Shown here: in pieces, positions 1 through 13,774 of the stretch
How positions within the stretch are numbered: the first letter of the stretch is position 1
How the letters are laid out: the number at the start of each line of letters is the position of its first letter
Origin: the human T2T-CHM13v2.0 reference genome, Homo sapiens
Assembly (NCBI RefSeq): GCF_009914755.1
Contig: NC_060932.1
Direction: 5' to 3' (one strand)
DNA: 64,000 nt
Program-made: the position numbers and the translations under genes
The notes under the pieces: generated by a model
What the model was told of the DNA's origin: nothing
Seen by the model: only the letters and a program-made list of their open reading frames with translations
Database searches by the model: none

Positions 1-2000
1 ATAATTTATACCTTTTCACTTACTTTATGAAAATGCAAGACATACTAAAAATCGGCCATTTTTTAATTGAAAATCAAGCTTAACTGAGCATCCCGTACTT
101 TATCTGACAACCCTAATTAGACAAACACTTTAAATATTTAATTACACACTAATTTTTCTCCTTCTCTGTATTTCTTTTAAAATCATACTTTTTTGTAAAG
201 AAAGTACTTATTATTAACAAATAAAATAACACATCAAATGATATAACTATACACAATCTATTAACCATTTTTTAAATCAATTTGTTTCCAATTTTTATAC
301 ATTATGTAAAATGCATAGAGTAAATGTATTTTTGGCACTTGGCAATATACTATAACTCATTTCTTGCATTTCTCTAATTCTGTTTATTATTCTAATTATT
401 AAATATTTAATAATACAATACAGATAATAATATAATGATCTACTGTTTAGTTCATCATAGTCCAAAGGTTTTGTTTATCATTTTACTTGACCACCTCCTT
501 GCTTTATGTGATTGTACAATGAAGTGGACTTATAACGTATGAAGATCTTATTCAATCATTTCCACTGTTGAATTTTAGATATTAAACATATAGATAGATA
601 TGAGTTTGCACTACATTTTTACACTAATGTTTGATGATGTCCTTAGAGAATATTCATAGAAATAGAATTATTGGATCAACAGCTGTGGGTGATTTAAAGT
701 TTGTTTCATGTATTTCCAATTTCCTTTTCAGGAAGGTTGTGATTTGTACACTTTACATCAACCTTTGTGTATTTGCTATATGTTTCCATGCTTTTCTAGG
801 AACTCATTTGGTGCCTAAAAAGAACAAATAACAACAAAACAAAATTTACCTCTTCATCTTTGCTTCACTTTTCTATTCTGCTACAGTGCTCCATTTTCCC
901 TAATTACTCATATAAGAATTCAGGATAAATAGCTTATTCATTTCCACCTCCAGTTTCAAGGTAAGTTTATTTTTTCTAGTTATGCATTCTCATAATTACA
1001 AAGGATGCATAAGAAAATAGAATAATCACCATAGACCTCCCAGAGCAAGCATATATCTGGCTCTGTTGGAGTTTAGATCAGAATATCTTGGCTATCAGAA
1101 ACACAAAATAATTTGACAATTTCACTGTAATGAGAGTTTACACTGCTGAAGTTGGCAACTTTCATTATAGGATGTTCCGAAGGATTTTAGAATTCTATAT
1201 AATGAGATTCTGATTTCCACCTTTCCTTATCTAATAAATATATTTAACAGTATTTATAATCTACTTATTGTTTTACTAAATAGAGTTGTGTTTAATTTTG
1301 TGTAATTTTATATTTAGAAAAATAATATAATTTGGAAAATAAACCAATAAAATTTATTTTGATCTATATAATGCATACAAATATATTTAGCACCTTATAA
1401 ATAATAGCTTGCAAAAAATAGACTATATAGTGTCCAAAGAAACTATTGTATGAGAAGATATACTAGTTTACTCAAACCTTAAAATACTAGAAAAAAGTAA
1501 CAAAAATATTTTTGAATTAAATATTTTATACAATTTATTTATTCAATTAAGCAATTTATAAAACCAAATATGTATTTTAAAAATTTACAGTTTATGAATA
1601 TATATAGAAATGTCCACTCTATTATGATTGTCAGTTATTCCTAATGTTTGAGAGTTGTGAACAAGTAGTTTAAAGCAATTAGAGCCCTAGTTAGCAATTT
1701 GCACTACGTAGAATATTCAAAATAGTACACAGTCAAGGCGATAGAAATAGTTATTTCACCTCAAAAGATAAATGAACAGCTAATTATAAGAAATTTTGTG
1801 TGATTACTGCCTGATTTTTGAGGAAAGCAAGGTTGTTTTGCTTTATTTTCTTTTGGAAGCACCTTTATGTCCATTAAATTAGTTTTATATATGAAATTAT
1901 TTAAATACAATATGAATATCTAAAAATGATTACTTCCTTTGGGAATATGTTAGGTGTCATTTTTATAAATAAAACTTTGTATCAGTATCTTTACAGAGAC

Positions 2001-2373
2001 TGTAATAGTCAATTCAGGCTGTTATAACAAAAATACCATAGAGGGTGGCTCAAATGATGACCATTTATTTCTCACAGTTCTGGAAGCTGCAAATTCCAAC
2101 ATCAAGGCACTTACAGTTCTAGTGTCTGGTGAGCGCTTGCGAGGGCCTGCTTCCCAGCTTGTATGGAGGTCACCGTTTTCTCACTGTATCTTCATATGAC
2201 TGAGAACAGCAAAAGAGAAAGAAGCTCTGCCCTGTCTCTGGGCACTAATCCCACGAATGAGGTCTACACACTCATACCTAATTACCACCCAAGGCCCCTT
2301 CAAATGCCATCATATTGTGGATAAGGCTTCAATATATAAGTTTTGAGGGCATGTACATATTTAGTTTATAGCA
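2001..2373 (-). mobile_element. MLT1A-type MaLR solo LTR
   Basis: TG...CA ends (tgtaatagtc...tatagca), MLT1A-like body (ttatttctcacagttctggaagctg; gggcactaatccc), perfect 5-bp TSD GAGAC at 1996-2000 and 2374-2378. Confidence 0.9.
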
Positions 2374-2424
2374 GAGACTAAATTTTCTTTCCTTTTAGTA
2401 AAAAGGGACATTTTCTTAAAATGT

Positions 2425-2500
2425 TTTGTGGTTGTTTGTGGTGTTTTGTGTGTGTGTGTGTGTGTATCAGAGAGTGTGTTTGTGTGGCATGTGTTTTGTG
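2425..2500 (+). repeat. TG-rich microsatellite
   Basis: (TG)n core near 2447-2465 with degenerate TG flanks. Confidence 0.8.
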
Positions 2501-2929
2501 GAATAGATGTAATAATTATTACTTTAGAATATAATGCAAAGATGAAAATATTCCAGTGCTTTTTTTGACCAGTGCCTTTTTTTGACTATGTAAAAAATAA
2601 TTTATTTCTGCCTGAGGATCACTCTGCAAACACAAAAGAAAGCAACAACCAAATCATGAAAGACTCTGAACATTTCAGTAACAATCATTGCAATATCTCT
2701 ACAGAGTCCTAACTCTTTATTAGAATTGCTGTGACTCTTCATGATAGGCTATCTTATCACCACTCTAATTCAAATTTTGCACACTTCAAATGCCTTGATC
2801 CAGTCATATGAACAAAATGGAAATTCCCAACCTAGCCATTCTCTCTTCAACTTCCAGATTTTTGCTTCTTTTGTACTGGGACATGTTTTCAAATAACAGG
2901 GCACATTATTGTGGCATATATTTATAGAT

Positions 2930-3075
2930 ATAACTTCTTTGCCTCCTTCAGTAGACTTTGAACTTTTTCACATACTGTGTCTTCTTACCATTTTTAGCAC
3001 ATAATTTAGCACAGTGCTTGGCCCACATATAGGTGCTCAATAAACATTTTTGGAATAAAGAAAATATGAATGATC
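2930..3075 (+). mobile_element. L2 3' end fragment
   Basis: tagcacagtgcttggcccacatataggtgctcaataaacatttt...atgaatga resembles the L2 terminus. Confidence 0.7.
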
Positions 3076-3559
3076 TATATTTCAATGATTATTCTCTGAG
3101 GCCAAACTTTTCTAGATATTTTACTATCATGCATATTGGTAACAATTTTATAAATAGTGGTTCTAAATCAAAACACTTCTCCATAGTAGACCATTTCTTG
3201 ACTCAGGAATTCTTAGAGACTTTAATATGTTAATTTACATATTGAATCTTAAAGAGAACATTATGAAATGTCAAATTTTCTAACATTATTTGACAATGAA
3301 TTTTTTATTTTACCATGGCATGTTCAGAGAACCCATGGGCCACATTTGGAAATTGTTGACCTACAATAGGGCAGAGAAAGATGCAAAACTATGATAGGTG
3401 ACTTTACACAATGATCATGGTAAAATCACCATGTAAACAAGCAATGCTTCTTTGGCCTAACAAATCAGGTTTCACCTTCTGTGTCACCACCGCTCCCATT
3501 CTCTGTCCCACTAAGGGAGAGAGAACTTAGGAGTCCATCCAGTGAGTGTGACATCGCAA

Positions 3560-3775
3560 GTCAGCCTGCCTGGCTGTGAAGTGCCTCTGCCAATTATTTT
3601 GTGAACTTGGACAAGTCACTTAATATCACTAAGTCATCTGTACAATGTAGATAATGATTGTTCCTAATTATAGTGTTGCTATGAGAATTAGACGAGATTA
3701 TTCCTGTAAAGCATGCAGAACAGCATTAGTAATTACACAGAAATGTTAATAATTATGAATTTTTTCTATTAGTAT
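3560..3775 (+). mobile_element. MIR SINE
   Basis: MIR core: gtgaacttggacaagtcacttaa...catctgtacaatg...atgagaattagacgagatta...tgtaaagca. Confidence 0.8.
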
Positions 3776-4182
3776 TACTATAATATAAATCTGAAAGGAG
3801 AACATTCAAGTTTTAATGGATTAAAATGCAAAGTCTGAGCTAAAGCCTCTTAAGAACTATACTAATTCCATAAAAAAGTGTAAAACTACAAAATGTTCAA
3901 ACATAATTAAGTATGAATTGATGCTAAGAGAAAATTAATCTAAAGGAAGGGTAATCTGGCACTACCCTATGTGATTCTGAAAAATTAAGGCCTTAAATCT
4001 AAAATTTGAAAGTTGATAGGTCAATAGAGTAACTCATAATTTCTGAGCAATTATTTCTATAAATTTAAAATAATTAAAGTGCACAAAAATCCATAAAAGC
4101 AAGTATAAGAAACAGCACCATATTTTTAATGTTTAAGTAATCTAAATATTGCATAGCATTGGATTATAAGCCTTAAACTCTT

Positions 4183-4297
4183 TATGTTAGGGCTATTCAG
4201 AGAACTAGAATATCTATCTATCGATCATTCTATCTATCTGTAAAATAAAGAATTGGCTCATACAGTTATATAGACTGAGAAATCCTAAGATCTGCAA
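4183..4297 (-). mobile_element. MLT2 (ERVL LTR) fragment
   Basis: tgttagggctattcagagaac...aagaattggctcatacagtta...gactgagaaatcctaagatctgc resembles an MLT2 end. Confidence 0.6.
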
Positions 4298-4369
4298 TTC
4301 CAACTCTTGCCCTGTGTGAAAGTAGAAGCCCTGTGTGAAAGACAATCATTTCACAGGATCCATTAGAGA

Positions 4370-4915
4370 AGAATATATCCATATATTATAAGACAAATTT
4401 GTTTACACCTAGCTGTGTACCTAACAGTATTAGATATATGTGCACACAAGGGGATGTATATAAGAAGGCTCATATAGAATTATCTATAATATCCCAAAAC
4501 TAAATAAAGTCATTGTTCATCAACAGAAGAATAAGTACATTATTTTTTCTATTTGTAAAGAATGGAAAATTATACAATGATAAAATAGGATAAATTATAG
4601 CTTCACAAAATAACGTGAATAACTCTCACAAACAATATTAAGTGAAAAAATTAGACAGATTCTTTCTGTATGACTTTAATTATATAAATTATGATGAAAA
4701 GTAAAGAAGTGACACATAGTCAGAACCATAATTACTTCTTGGAGAAGTCAGGAGTTTGTGATTTGGAAGGTACAAATAATAGGCTTCAGGGATATTGGAA
4801 ATGTTTCATGTCATGCCAGCTTGCTGGTTACATGAGTATTTACTTTAAAAGTATTCATTAAACTGTAAGTTTTATTTATTTATAGAATATTTTATATGTG
4901 CCTTTTTTCTATTAA
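4370..4915 (+). mobile_element. Old L1M (L1MC/L1ME-like) 3' end fragment
   Basis: Degenerate L1M 3' motifs (tcatcaacagaagaataa; aactctcacaaacaatattaagtgaaaaaa; ttcattaaactgta). Confidence 0.6.
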
Positions 4916-6959
4916 AAACTAGAAAAACAGAGAACCATTCAACCAAATAGAGTGAAAAACAAATAAATAAAATGATGAAAGAATATTTTAGATAAAGAAC
5001 ACATAATAAGTTTCAGAAAAAAAACATAGTAAAAGGAAGAGAGGATTTAAGATAATTTACTCAGACTGAGGAAAGTTAATGTGTTCTACCCATAGAAATC
5101 AGGCAGAAATATATATGTATAAAGCAAAATTACATCAAGTCTTAGGTCTTGCCTTGACACAGGGCCTTCTAGAAAGAAAACTGAAACCAGCCTAAGAAAT
5201 TGTGGGCACTACTGGCTACTGAATGATTGAAAAGGAGTAGGTACTGTCCATAATCTAAACATTTTTCCTGGTAACTTACAGTAATACAGGTTGAAAATCC
5301 TTGATCATGGTGTTGGGGAATTACATACAATGCAGCCCTAGAAATTACACGACAGTACTAGTCAAACCAGAATTTTAAAGCTCTTTTTACCGCTTCTCAC
5401 TTTTCATGCCCCAATTTTAGAGAGATCAAAGCTTTGGGAAAATTGTCATGAGTAAATGTTTAACATCATTGATATCATTGTCTCATTGTGAAAATCTGAG
5501 TTTTTAATGGAATATTTTTATATTGTCAGAGGATAAGTTTATCAGTGTTAGGGACATTTCTATATGGTGCTTTGGGTGGACATCTGGAACATAGCAAATT
5601 AATTTTTCTTTTTTAAAAAAATACTTTTTTTGTTTCAACACCCACATTGATGATATGGTAAATTTTTTTAAAAAAATCGGTAAACCAATAAAAATAATGG
5701 ATAGCCTACTAGTAAGTTAGAAACTCTTTCTATGAAAGTTTTGTATATAAATCTATTATTTTTGTTTGTGTTTTCATTTTTCTTTGTGAGTAATGCTGCA
5801 AAAGAATTACAGACAGCTTATTTTGCATCACTTTTGCTTTGTGGAGTAACAGTTCCAAATGTCCAAATGTAATATAATTATTTCATCTCGATGACTTCAA
5901 ATTTATGGGCACCTTTCCCAAAATAGGATTGTAATTATACTATTATTTATTGAACTTTAATTTTATCATGCTTATGCTAAATCATTTCTTTAATTATGAT
6001 TGGGCTAACCATATGTTCAACCCCATAAATGACAAACTAATGACAAGTAGCATTGTCTGTTCTAGAGGCCAATGAGAATTAAACACAAGAGGCAGCTTTG
6101 AAGAAAGAGACCACTTAGCTAAACTTGTATTAACATTTTACTTAGAAAATGTCAAGGAGTCCTGGCAGGAATTCGGTCCATTTTCACTTGTGGGTATCAA
6201 TGCCTTCAATATAATTTTAAACTATTCCGGATGAGCTTTTCTAATATAAATTAGCTGTCAGTGTTATAGATTCCACATTGTACCTGACCTACTGTGCCTC
6301 CTACTCTACTCTATATTCTATCATTCTCCCTAAATTATAATCAGGAATATAAGAAGAACTCCCTACCCCTTTAAGATCTGTGAATAAAATATGACATCTC
6401 TGATGTGAGTATCTAGTTAAATCACAAGTAGTCTAATACATTGGTGAACAACAGTAACAACACTGGTTGAGAGGACAGTTAGATACAGGAAACTTATCAG
6501 TACTGCTCCTTATGTCTTTTTGGGCAAAAATCCTAATCACTGTAATGCAATGTTGTTCTCATTGAAAAATTAATCATCAATTAGCAGAGCTCTGGTATCA
6601 TGTTGGTCATCATGATCATTACAAAGAATAAAAAATAACTATTAGAAATAATAAATTTGGTTCTTATCTATTTATATACTCAAACATCCTCATATATTCA
6701 CATAATTATTATTTCATGTCCATAAATTTTTTTAACTCAACAAAAACACCTGAAATCTCATTATGTTTTAGAATTCAGGATTCCAGCTTAGTTGACAAGC
6801 CCTGCAGAATCAGGAGGAGCACCCACAGTCAACCGCATTCATATTTCTGTAGAGAGATACATTTGTTTTTTATATATCTAAAATTTTCAGGTGTAATTTT
6901 ACTTTTTTGATATTTCTCTATTTGTTGAATATTTTCCTCTTTAAAAAATATTTAATATT

Positions 6960-7530
6960 AAAAGAAAACCCATATAGAAAATTCCATAAAGTAAAAAGAC
7001 AAAACTTACAGCTTAGTGCTTTGTTTTAAAGTAAATATGCATCTACTGGGCCCGGTGGATCACGCCGGTAACCTCAACACTCTGCGAGGCTGAGGCGGGT
7101 GGATCACCTGAAGTCACGAGTTTGAAACCAGCCTTGCCAACATGACAAAACACCGTCTCTGCTAAAAACACAAAAATTAGCTGGGTGTGATGGCACACGC
7201 CTGTAATCCCAACTACTTGGGAGGCCGAGGCAGGAGAATCTCTCGAATCTGGGAGAGGGAGGTTGGAGTGAGCCAAGACAGGGCAACTGCACTCCAGCCT
7301 GAGCAAGAGAATGAGACTCCATCTCAAAAAGAAAAGTAAATATAAATAAATAAATAAATATATAAAGCGTGCATGTAACCAGCAATCAGACATGACATGA
7401 AACATTGCCAACATCCCCGAAGCCTGTGATTTGCATCCTCCAAATCACAAACTCCTCTCTTCTCCAAAAAGTGTTTATGGTTCTGACGGTGGGTTAGACT
7501 TCTTTTCTTTTTTTTCACAATGTATGTAAA
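6960..7530 (-). mobile_element. L1ME-like fragment interrupted by an Alu
   Basis: acagcttagtg...aaagtaaata[Alu]catgtaaccagcaatcag...aacattgccaacatccccgaagcc resembles antisense L1ME 3' region. Confidence 0.45.
7044..7366 (+). mobile_element. AluS, full length, with (TAAA)n tail
   Basis: Two arms, A-rich linker (ctaaaaacacaaaaattagc), ggatcacctgaagtca, tail aaaaagaaaagtaaatataaataaataaataaat. Confidence 0.95.
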
Positions 7531-8442
7531 TACAGTCACACAGATTAAAACAATTAGACAAATTTCTTCTGTATGAATTCACAATTGTTAGGTAACACTG
7601 TCCCAGGCAAGCCAGGATGGAGGGTCACAGATGAAGACTGAAGATCTGTATCAACTAAGCATTCTTCTTGGTATTTTGGAAGTTAAAATTATGAATTTTA
7701 TGTGTTTGATTATTTGCTTATCTGTTTAGTTATTTATTTACATACATACTTACTTTCTTGTGTACTTATTTATGCCACAGCTTAATTCCATTAAAATATA
7801 AGTGAAAAGCAAGGTGATTTCTTCTTCAAAAGTTAACCTGAAGGCAAAATCTGAGTTTAGTAAATAACTATGTCTATACATTGCTTTCCTAATCTGTGAA
7901 AAACAAGTTAACACTATTAAATCTGTAGGGTTTTTTTGAAGATTAGTTAATATATATACAGATCTTACTAACTAAAAACACTCAGAAATATAAAGTAGTG
8001 TTTTTTCTGCATTGTAATTTAACTTAGAGTAAAATATAATTTAAAGTGCAGGTGTACACAATTAACCTAAATGAATCTGTCATGATTTTTCTTGAATAAA
8101 CTCTCCTCCTTTCAGGTATATGGCCAGATTTACCTTCAGTGCAAAGTTTGTTTGTATCTCTGTAAATTGTATGTGGCCATTTGATTTTTTTGGTGATGAT
8201 GAGCAAACATGCCACTTTTAATCAAAAAGATTTAAGGAACAGCATATGTTTTCCCACTTTCTTTGACACAGTGACTAATGATGATCAAAGGTTATGAGGT
8301 TTCGTCAGATTGAGTCTCATGATAGAATAGCAGGAGTAAAAAACATATACCTATTGCTTTAAACCAATACGACTTCTTTTTTCTACCGGAGCATAACCTA
8401 GCTTAACATGATTGACTATATGTATGCATGTGTGGTGTGTTT

Positions 8443-8900
8443 GTGTGTGTCAAATTATAACCTCCTGAAAAAGGTATGCTGAAATTCTAACCTCCAGTAC
8501 CTATGAAAGTGATCTTATTTGGAAATATGGTCTTTGCAAATGTAGTGAAGCAAAGATGAGGTCATAATAAATTAGGCTGGGCCTTAATCCAATGATTAAC
8601 GTCCTTTGAAAAAGAAGAAAATTTGGAGATTTATGTGCACAAAGAGAAAACACATGTCAATGAAGGCAGAGATTGAAGTGATGCTGCTGCAAGCCAAGAA
8701 ATGCCAAGGATTTCTGGCAACTACCAGAAGTTAGGAAACAGGCATGGAACAAATTCTACTTCAGAGACTCCAGAAGGAACTGACTTTGCCAGCAGCATGG
8801 TTTTGGACTTCTAGTCTCCTTAACTGTGAGAGGGTAAATTTATGTTCTTTTAAGCCACCTAGTTTGTGGTACTTTGTTGCAACAACCTTAAGAAACTACA
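8443..8900 (+). mobile_element. MLT1C-type MaLR solo LTR
   Basis: tatttggaaatatggtctttgca...gaaggcagagattgaagtgatg...ttaagccacctagtttgtggtactttgtt...aaactaca. Confidence 0.9.
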
Positions 8901-8908
8901 ATCTGTCT

Positions 8909-9232
8909 ATTCTATTCTACTCTACTCCTATTCTATTCTATTCTATTCTATTCTATTCTATTCTATTCTATTCTATTCTATTCTATTCTATTCTATTCTA
9001 TTCCATTCCATTCCATTCCATTCCATTCCATTCCATTCCATTCCATTCTATTCTATATTTCCTTCCTTCCTTCTTTTCTTTTCTTTTCTTTTCTTTTCGT
9101 TTCCTTTCTTTCTTGCTTTCTTTCTCTTCTTTCCTTCTTTCTTTCTTTTCTTTCTTTCTTTCCTTCTCTTTCTTTCTTTTCTTTCTTTCTTCTACCTCTA
9201 TCTCTATTTATCTATCATCTGCCTATCTATTG

Positions 9233-9278
<46 letters not shown>

Positions 9279-9292
9279 ATCTATCTGTCTCT
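8909..9292 (+). repeat. Compound STR: (TTCTA)14 (TTCCA)9 (TTCTA)2, TC-rich tract, (TCTA)11
   Basis: Counted directly: TTCTA 8931-9000, TTCCA 9001-9045, TTCTA 9046-9055, pyrimidine tract ~9058-9193, TCTA 9233-9276. Confidence 0.97.
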
Positions 9293-9297
9293 ATTAT

Positions 9298-9478
9298 CAG
9301 TGGTTCTCAAGTTACAGTGTACACAGGATCCCTTAGGATTGCTTAATTTAATAACACCAACCCCCATTCTGATTTATTTAATATTTCTTGGGTGAGAGTC
9401 AAGGTTTCGCAGTTTAAATGAATTCCAAAGGTGGTTTTGATACTAGTGTTTCCCTGACTAAATACTGGGAAAATCAGA
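9298..9478. mobile_element. MER5-type hAT-Charlie MITE
   Basis: Starts cagtggttctcaag, ends actgggaaaatcag; ~180 bp with degenerate MER5 motifs. Confidence 0.6.
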
Positions 9479-10309
9479 TATAATTAATGCCCTGATTTGA
9501 TGTAGATTAACTAATTTTATTGGTATTATATGGGTAAATAAAGGATGCCGTAGGAAAAACGATGTCATAAGTAAGACACTGTAGGAAAAAATGCTCAAGG
9601 TATATTCCTGGAAAGACAGGAGTATGAATTTAGTAGATTCTCAAGGTTTGTGTTGTTGATTCAGCAAAGATAGGTTGGGAAAAGACTTTGGAATTCTTTA
9701 AGTGACTAGTTCTCCATGCCAATCTTAATTAAGAAGGCTCTAGAAAGACATTAGTTTTATTTTTTTGAGGGACTGGGGGTGGTAACTTATTAATTGCATT
9801 AAGACTATCAGGAGAGTCTTTACTGAGCTGTTAGTGTCTGTCATACATAACCCACCCTTAAAAACTCTGTATAGCATTTCATATTGAAAGATGGATTGTC
9901 TAATTGTGACTCATTCTCTTAGACACACAACAGAGTCATTACATTTCAAAATTAGATCTCTTCCTATTATATATAAAACTGAGCCTCTTGGTTACTAGGT
10001 GATATTGTAGAATTTAAGGATATCTGATTTAATAGAGTTGAAGAGAGGATAATTACCAAGATAATACTGTATTAAAAAGATAAAATAATATTTATCCTGT
10101 TTTGAATATCAGCCATTTGCCAGCCATTGAATTAGGAACATAAATGATAGGATATTTAATGCTTAGAAGAATATTCTAAGATAAAATTACATCCAATTCA
10201 AAGATTTTTTTTAATGTTTAGAAAAATAAGTATCTTGCCTAAGATCACAAAGCAAGGATTTAAATCTGTACTTCAATGACTTCTAGCCTTGTATTTAACA
10301 TAAAGAAGG

Positions 10310-10410
10310 ACTAAAGGAAGAACAAGTGAGGGAAGTAGAAAGAGTAGAAGGAGCAAAGGGAGAAAAGAAGGAAAATGGAAGGTAGAAGGAGGAGAAGGAG
10401 GGAGGAAAAC
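10310..10410 (+). repeat. GA-rich low-complexity tract
   Basis: Nearly all purine (gaaggagcaaagggagaaaagaagg...ggaggagaaggagggagg). Confidence 0.75.
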
Positions 10411-10674
10411 ATTATTTTGTAGATAAATTATTTTTCAAAAGTAGAGATGAATTAGGAAAGAAAGAAGAGAAGTTTAGACCATTATTTGTAAGAACAGGAA
10501 AAACAAAATAACCACTTTTTTTCTCACTTTGACCATCTTTATGAAAAGCAGCTTGTCAATGAACTCCACAGTAACAGCCAATCCTACATTTTCTATTAAT
10601 ATATTGTAACCACTGAACTAATCAATCATAGTTCTAAATTAAACTAATTTTGGACTCCCTTGATTTAAGAGTTT

Positions 10675-10713
10675 ATATATACAAATATATATATATATAT
10701 ATTTATATATATA
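10675..10713. repeat. (TA)n microsatellite
   Basis: atatatatatatatatatttatatatata. Confidence 0.85.
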
Positions 10714-12729
10714 CAGGGATTTCTGTTCTCTAAGAGACACTACCAAATTTCAATATGCCATGTCTTCTTACTCTATACCTAATTCTTTTTATCAATTTCA
10801 ACCCCATTCAATTTGGCCCACATGACTTGTGTGCCTCACTGTATATGTGAAAGTATCATATTCAATTCTAGGTTTGATTATATAAATGTTGAATGTAATA
10901 TTTTTATAGGACTATTTAAAAATCATTCCACAGCCACTAACTTTTGGCTTTTGTAAGAATTCCCTTTAAGAGAGTTCATTTCAGTGGAGATATTTCAATA
11001 TTTTAAAATATCAGATCACTGATTAATATCATTTTAGTAGAGGTTAAAATTTCCATTTGTATGCTCTGGGGCACGAAAACTTGCAGCACCAATCTATCAA
11101 AAAATGGCTTGCCACACACAAGGATTTTTTTAAATCCTTGAGCTATATGATTTTTTTTTAACTTGGTCTCATTGTCCCTTTGCCCTTTAAATTTTACACC
11201 TCTACATTGCTTTGAGCCAGAGCTTTACAACTCTGCACTATCTTGCTATAGCAGTAGAGTGGTACATTTAGGTTTTGTAGGGTTCCTTTTCAGTAAGGTA
11301 GGTCTAACTTGCTTCCCCAGACTGACAATTCTGTGCTTAACTGAACATGCAGTTACACTTGAACACATTCTAGCATTTTCATCTTAAGATTATCTTAAAG
11401 ACAATGTAAAGCCCCCAGGCACTGAGCAGGGTAGGAGTCATGAAAAGGGTTTGGCCGTATCCTGTGACTCTGTATTGAATATCCACTCCAGATATTATTC
11501 CCATTCTTCATTCTTTACCTTTTTCATATCTGCATCTTATGAATCCAGAAGCAATAAAGAGAAGTATAGCTAAATAATTTCCATTGGTAGAATACGTAGT
11601 ATTTAAGATTTACATTTTTCCATATATTTTCTGACAGGTTGTACCTTATATATATTCTGGATATAAGATGCAACTTATACCCAGAAGTGTGAATATAAAA
11701 TTTGGAGAAATGTTTAAGCTTTTGAATTTTAGGTAGCAGTGACACAATTATTTCTGGTGAGTCCTTGCAAAAGAAAGAAGTTGCATTACATTTTTACTCC
11801 AGAACTAACAATATGGAATCTACATAAATCATCTGATATCTAGGCTCATTTATTTAATATTACATACAAAAACAAAAAGTAATTATTCTAAACCATTTTA
11901 ATGAAATGTTTTTATTCACTGAAAGAAAGTTATAATAGCTATTATGGTCTTCCCTACATGTTTAGCTATTTTAAATTTAAAGAAAATAAGTTCCCATAAA
12001 ACATGGAAAATAATTACCAAAAAATTCATTTATCATAAAATTTTCCTAAAATATAATTAATAAATAAAAATGATGTAAATCCTTAAGGACAAAGAGGGAG
12101 GGAATAAAAGTAGATAAGAAATGCCAATACATTCTTAGAAGATAAAAAGCAGAGGGATGATTCATAACTGGCTTATCAGGGTAAAAAATGCTGATACCAG
12201 AGTAATCACAAAAGATAATATGAAGGAGAAAAAGGCTGATTCTTTCTGCAGAATCCCTGAAAAGTTCAGCAATGAATAACACTGAGAACCTTGAAAGATG
12301 AGGATAAAGTGTAGTTTTCAATGGATTATCGCATGACAGTCTGTGAAAGGAGCAGCTAAAATACTAAATCTTCACCACCTCTACTGCAAATTCCTTGTGC
12401 AACTCCTTGAATACAACCCATCCCAAACTTCTTAAAAGGTTAGGAAATTATTCCTTCATGATAGCCTAAACTTCAGACACAGGGAAATCTGAGTGATTTC
12501 CTCTGGTAGAAGTGTTTAGATGAGAGGCTTCATATCAGAGGGTGAGGCTCTGCCACCTAATTTTGTTCCTTGGCTTCTAACACATTAATTCCAGGTTCAT
12601 CATCTAAAGCAGGAAAATCCATAGCTTCTTCACTGGAAGACTAATTGGAAGAAAAGTCCCTTCAAAAACAAACAAAACAAAACCTTGAAAGATATAGCTG
12701 ACATTACATCTTCAAATGGAAAAACTAAT

Positions 12730-13138
12730 CAGAAGGTTGGTAAACTTTCATTGCAACAGGCCAGAGAGTAATTATTTTAGGTTTTTGCAGTTCAAGAGGC
12801 AAAATAAAGGATATCATATAGTTACTTATATAACAAGAGAGAAAAAAATTTTACAAAGTTTTAATGGTAAAATTCTAAATTTAAAAATAATAATAGTATA
12901 TGCATAGTTTTCATAATATAGGTCTACTAATGAGAAAATTTAAACCTGTTTTGGAATAAACATTTTATTTAAAAGCAGTTCAAAATATGTTTCCTATTAT
13001 TAAAATTCATTGCAAAAGTTTATCTATTAACACCTATCTTTAATGAGATTCTATATATATGATTTTTGAAACTGTTGTTTTACACATATAGGTACTGAAA
13101 ATTAATAATGCCTGTCCATCAGCACATAGTCTTTTAAG
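12730..13138 (+). mobile_element. Cheshire/MER58-family hAT-Charlie transposon fragment
   Basis: MER58-like start cagaaggttggtaaacttt...ggccagagagtaattattttagg, then caagaggcaaaat...tataacaagagagaaaa...ggtctactaatgagaa. Confidence 0.8.
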
Positions 13139-13139
13139 C

Positions 13140-13753
13140 TTTTATTTTGAAAGAATTATAGATTCACAAAATGTTGCAAAAATTATACAGAATTTCTTCA
13201 AACCTTCCACCAATTTTCTACCAGTAGCAAGCAACACTTTACACAAACAGTACAATATTGCAACCAAGAAAATGACATTTGTATATACAACATTCAAGAC
13301 ACCAGTTTTACATGCATTCATTTGTGTGTACATACATACCTTTGTGTTGTTTTATGCGATTTTATTTTATGTATAGATTTTTGTAACCACCACCACAATC
13401 AAAATAAAGAACTATTGGATAGTTTTGTAGTCAGCTCATCTCCTTTTATGTTCCCATAGTCCTTAATGCCTGGCAATTTCTAACTGGTCCTTTATCTCTA
13501 AAATTCAATCACGTCAAGAATTTTATATGAATGAATTTATATAGTATATAATCTTCCAATATTAGCTCTTTACTCTCAGAATAATTTCCTTGAGATTCAC
13601 CCAAGACGTTGTGTGTGTGTCAATAGTATGTTCCTTTTTGTTGTTGAGTAGTATTGCAAGTTAATGAGTCATTCATTGAAAGGCATTTATTTCCCATGTG
13701 TGACTACAAATCTGTTATGGACATTGTTGTATGAAATTTGGTGTAAACATAAG
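13140..13753 (-). mobile_element. L1M (L1MC/MD-like) 3' end, first segment of a long fragmented antisense L1
   Basis: tttattttgaaagaattatagattcacaaaatgttgcaaaaa...tgtaaccaccaccacaatcaa...ttgagattcacccaag. Confidence 0.8.
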
Positions 13754-13774
13754 TGTGGTGTTATAGAGAAAAAA

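Noticed and set aside
7043-7414. Alu-derived ORFs (also 39034-39339, 43361-43549, 44915-45221)
   Set aside because: Typical antisense Alu translations such as [13 protein letters not shown] and SLTLSPRLE
9001-9045. Satellite II/III array
   Set aside because: Only nine TTCCA units embedded in a TTCTA STR; better explained as a local motif switch
8744-9346. 200-aa and 156-aa ORFs
   Set aside because: They read through MLT1 and stop-free microsatellites (ILFYS, IPFHS, IYLS repeats); low-complexity artefacts
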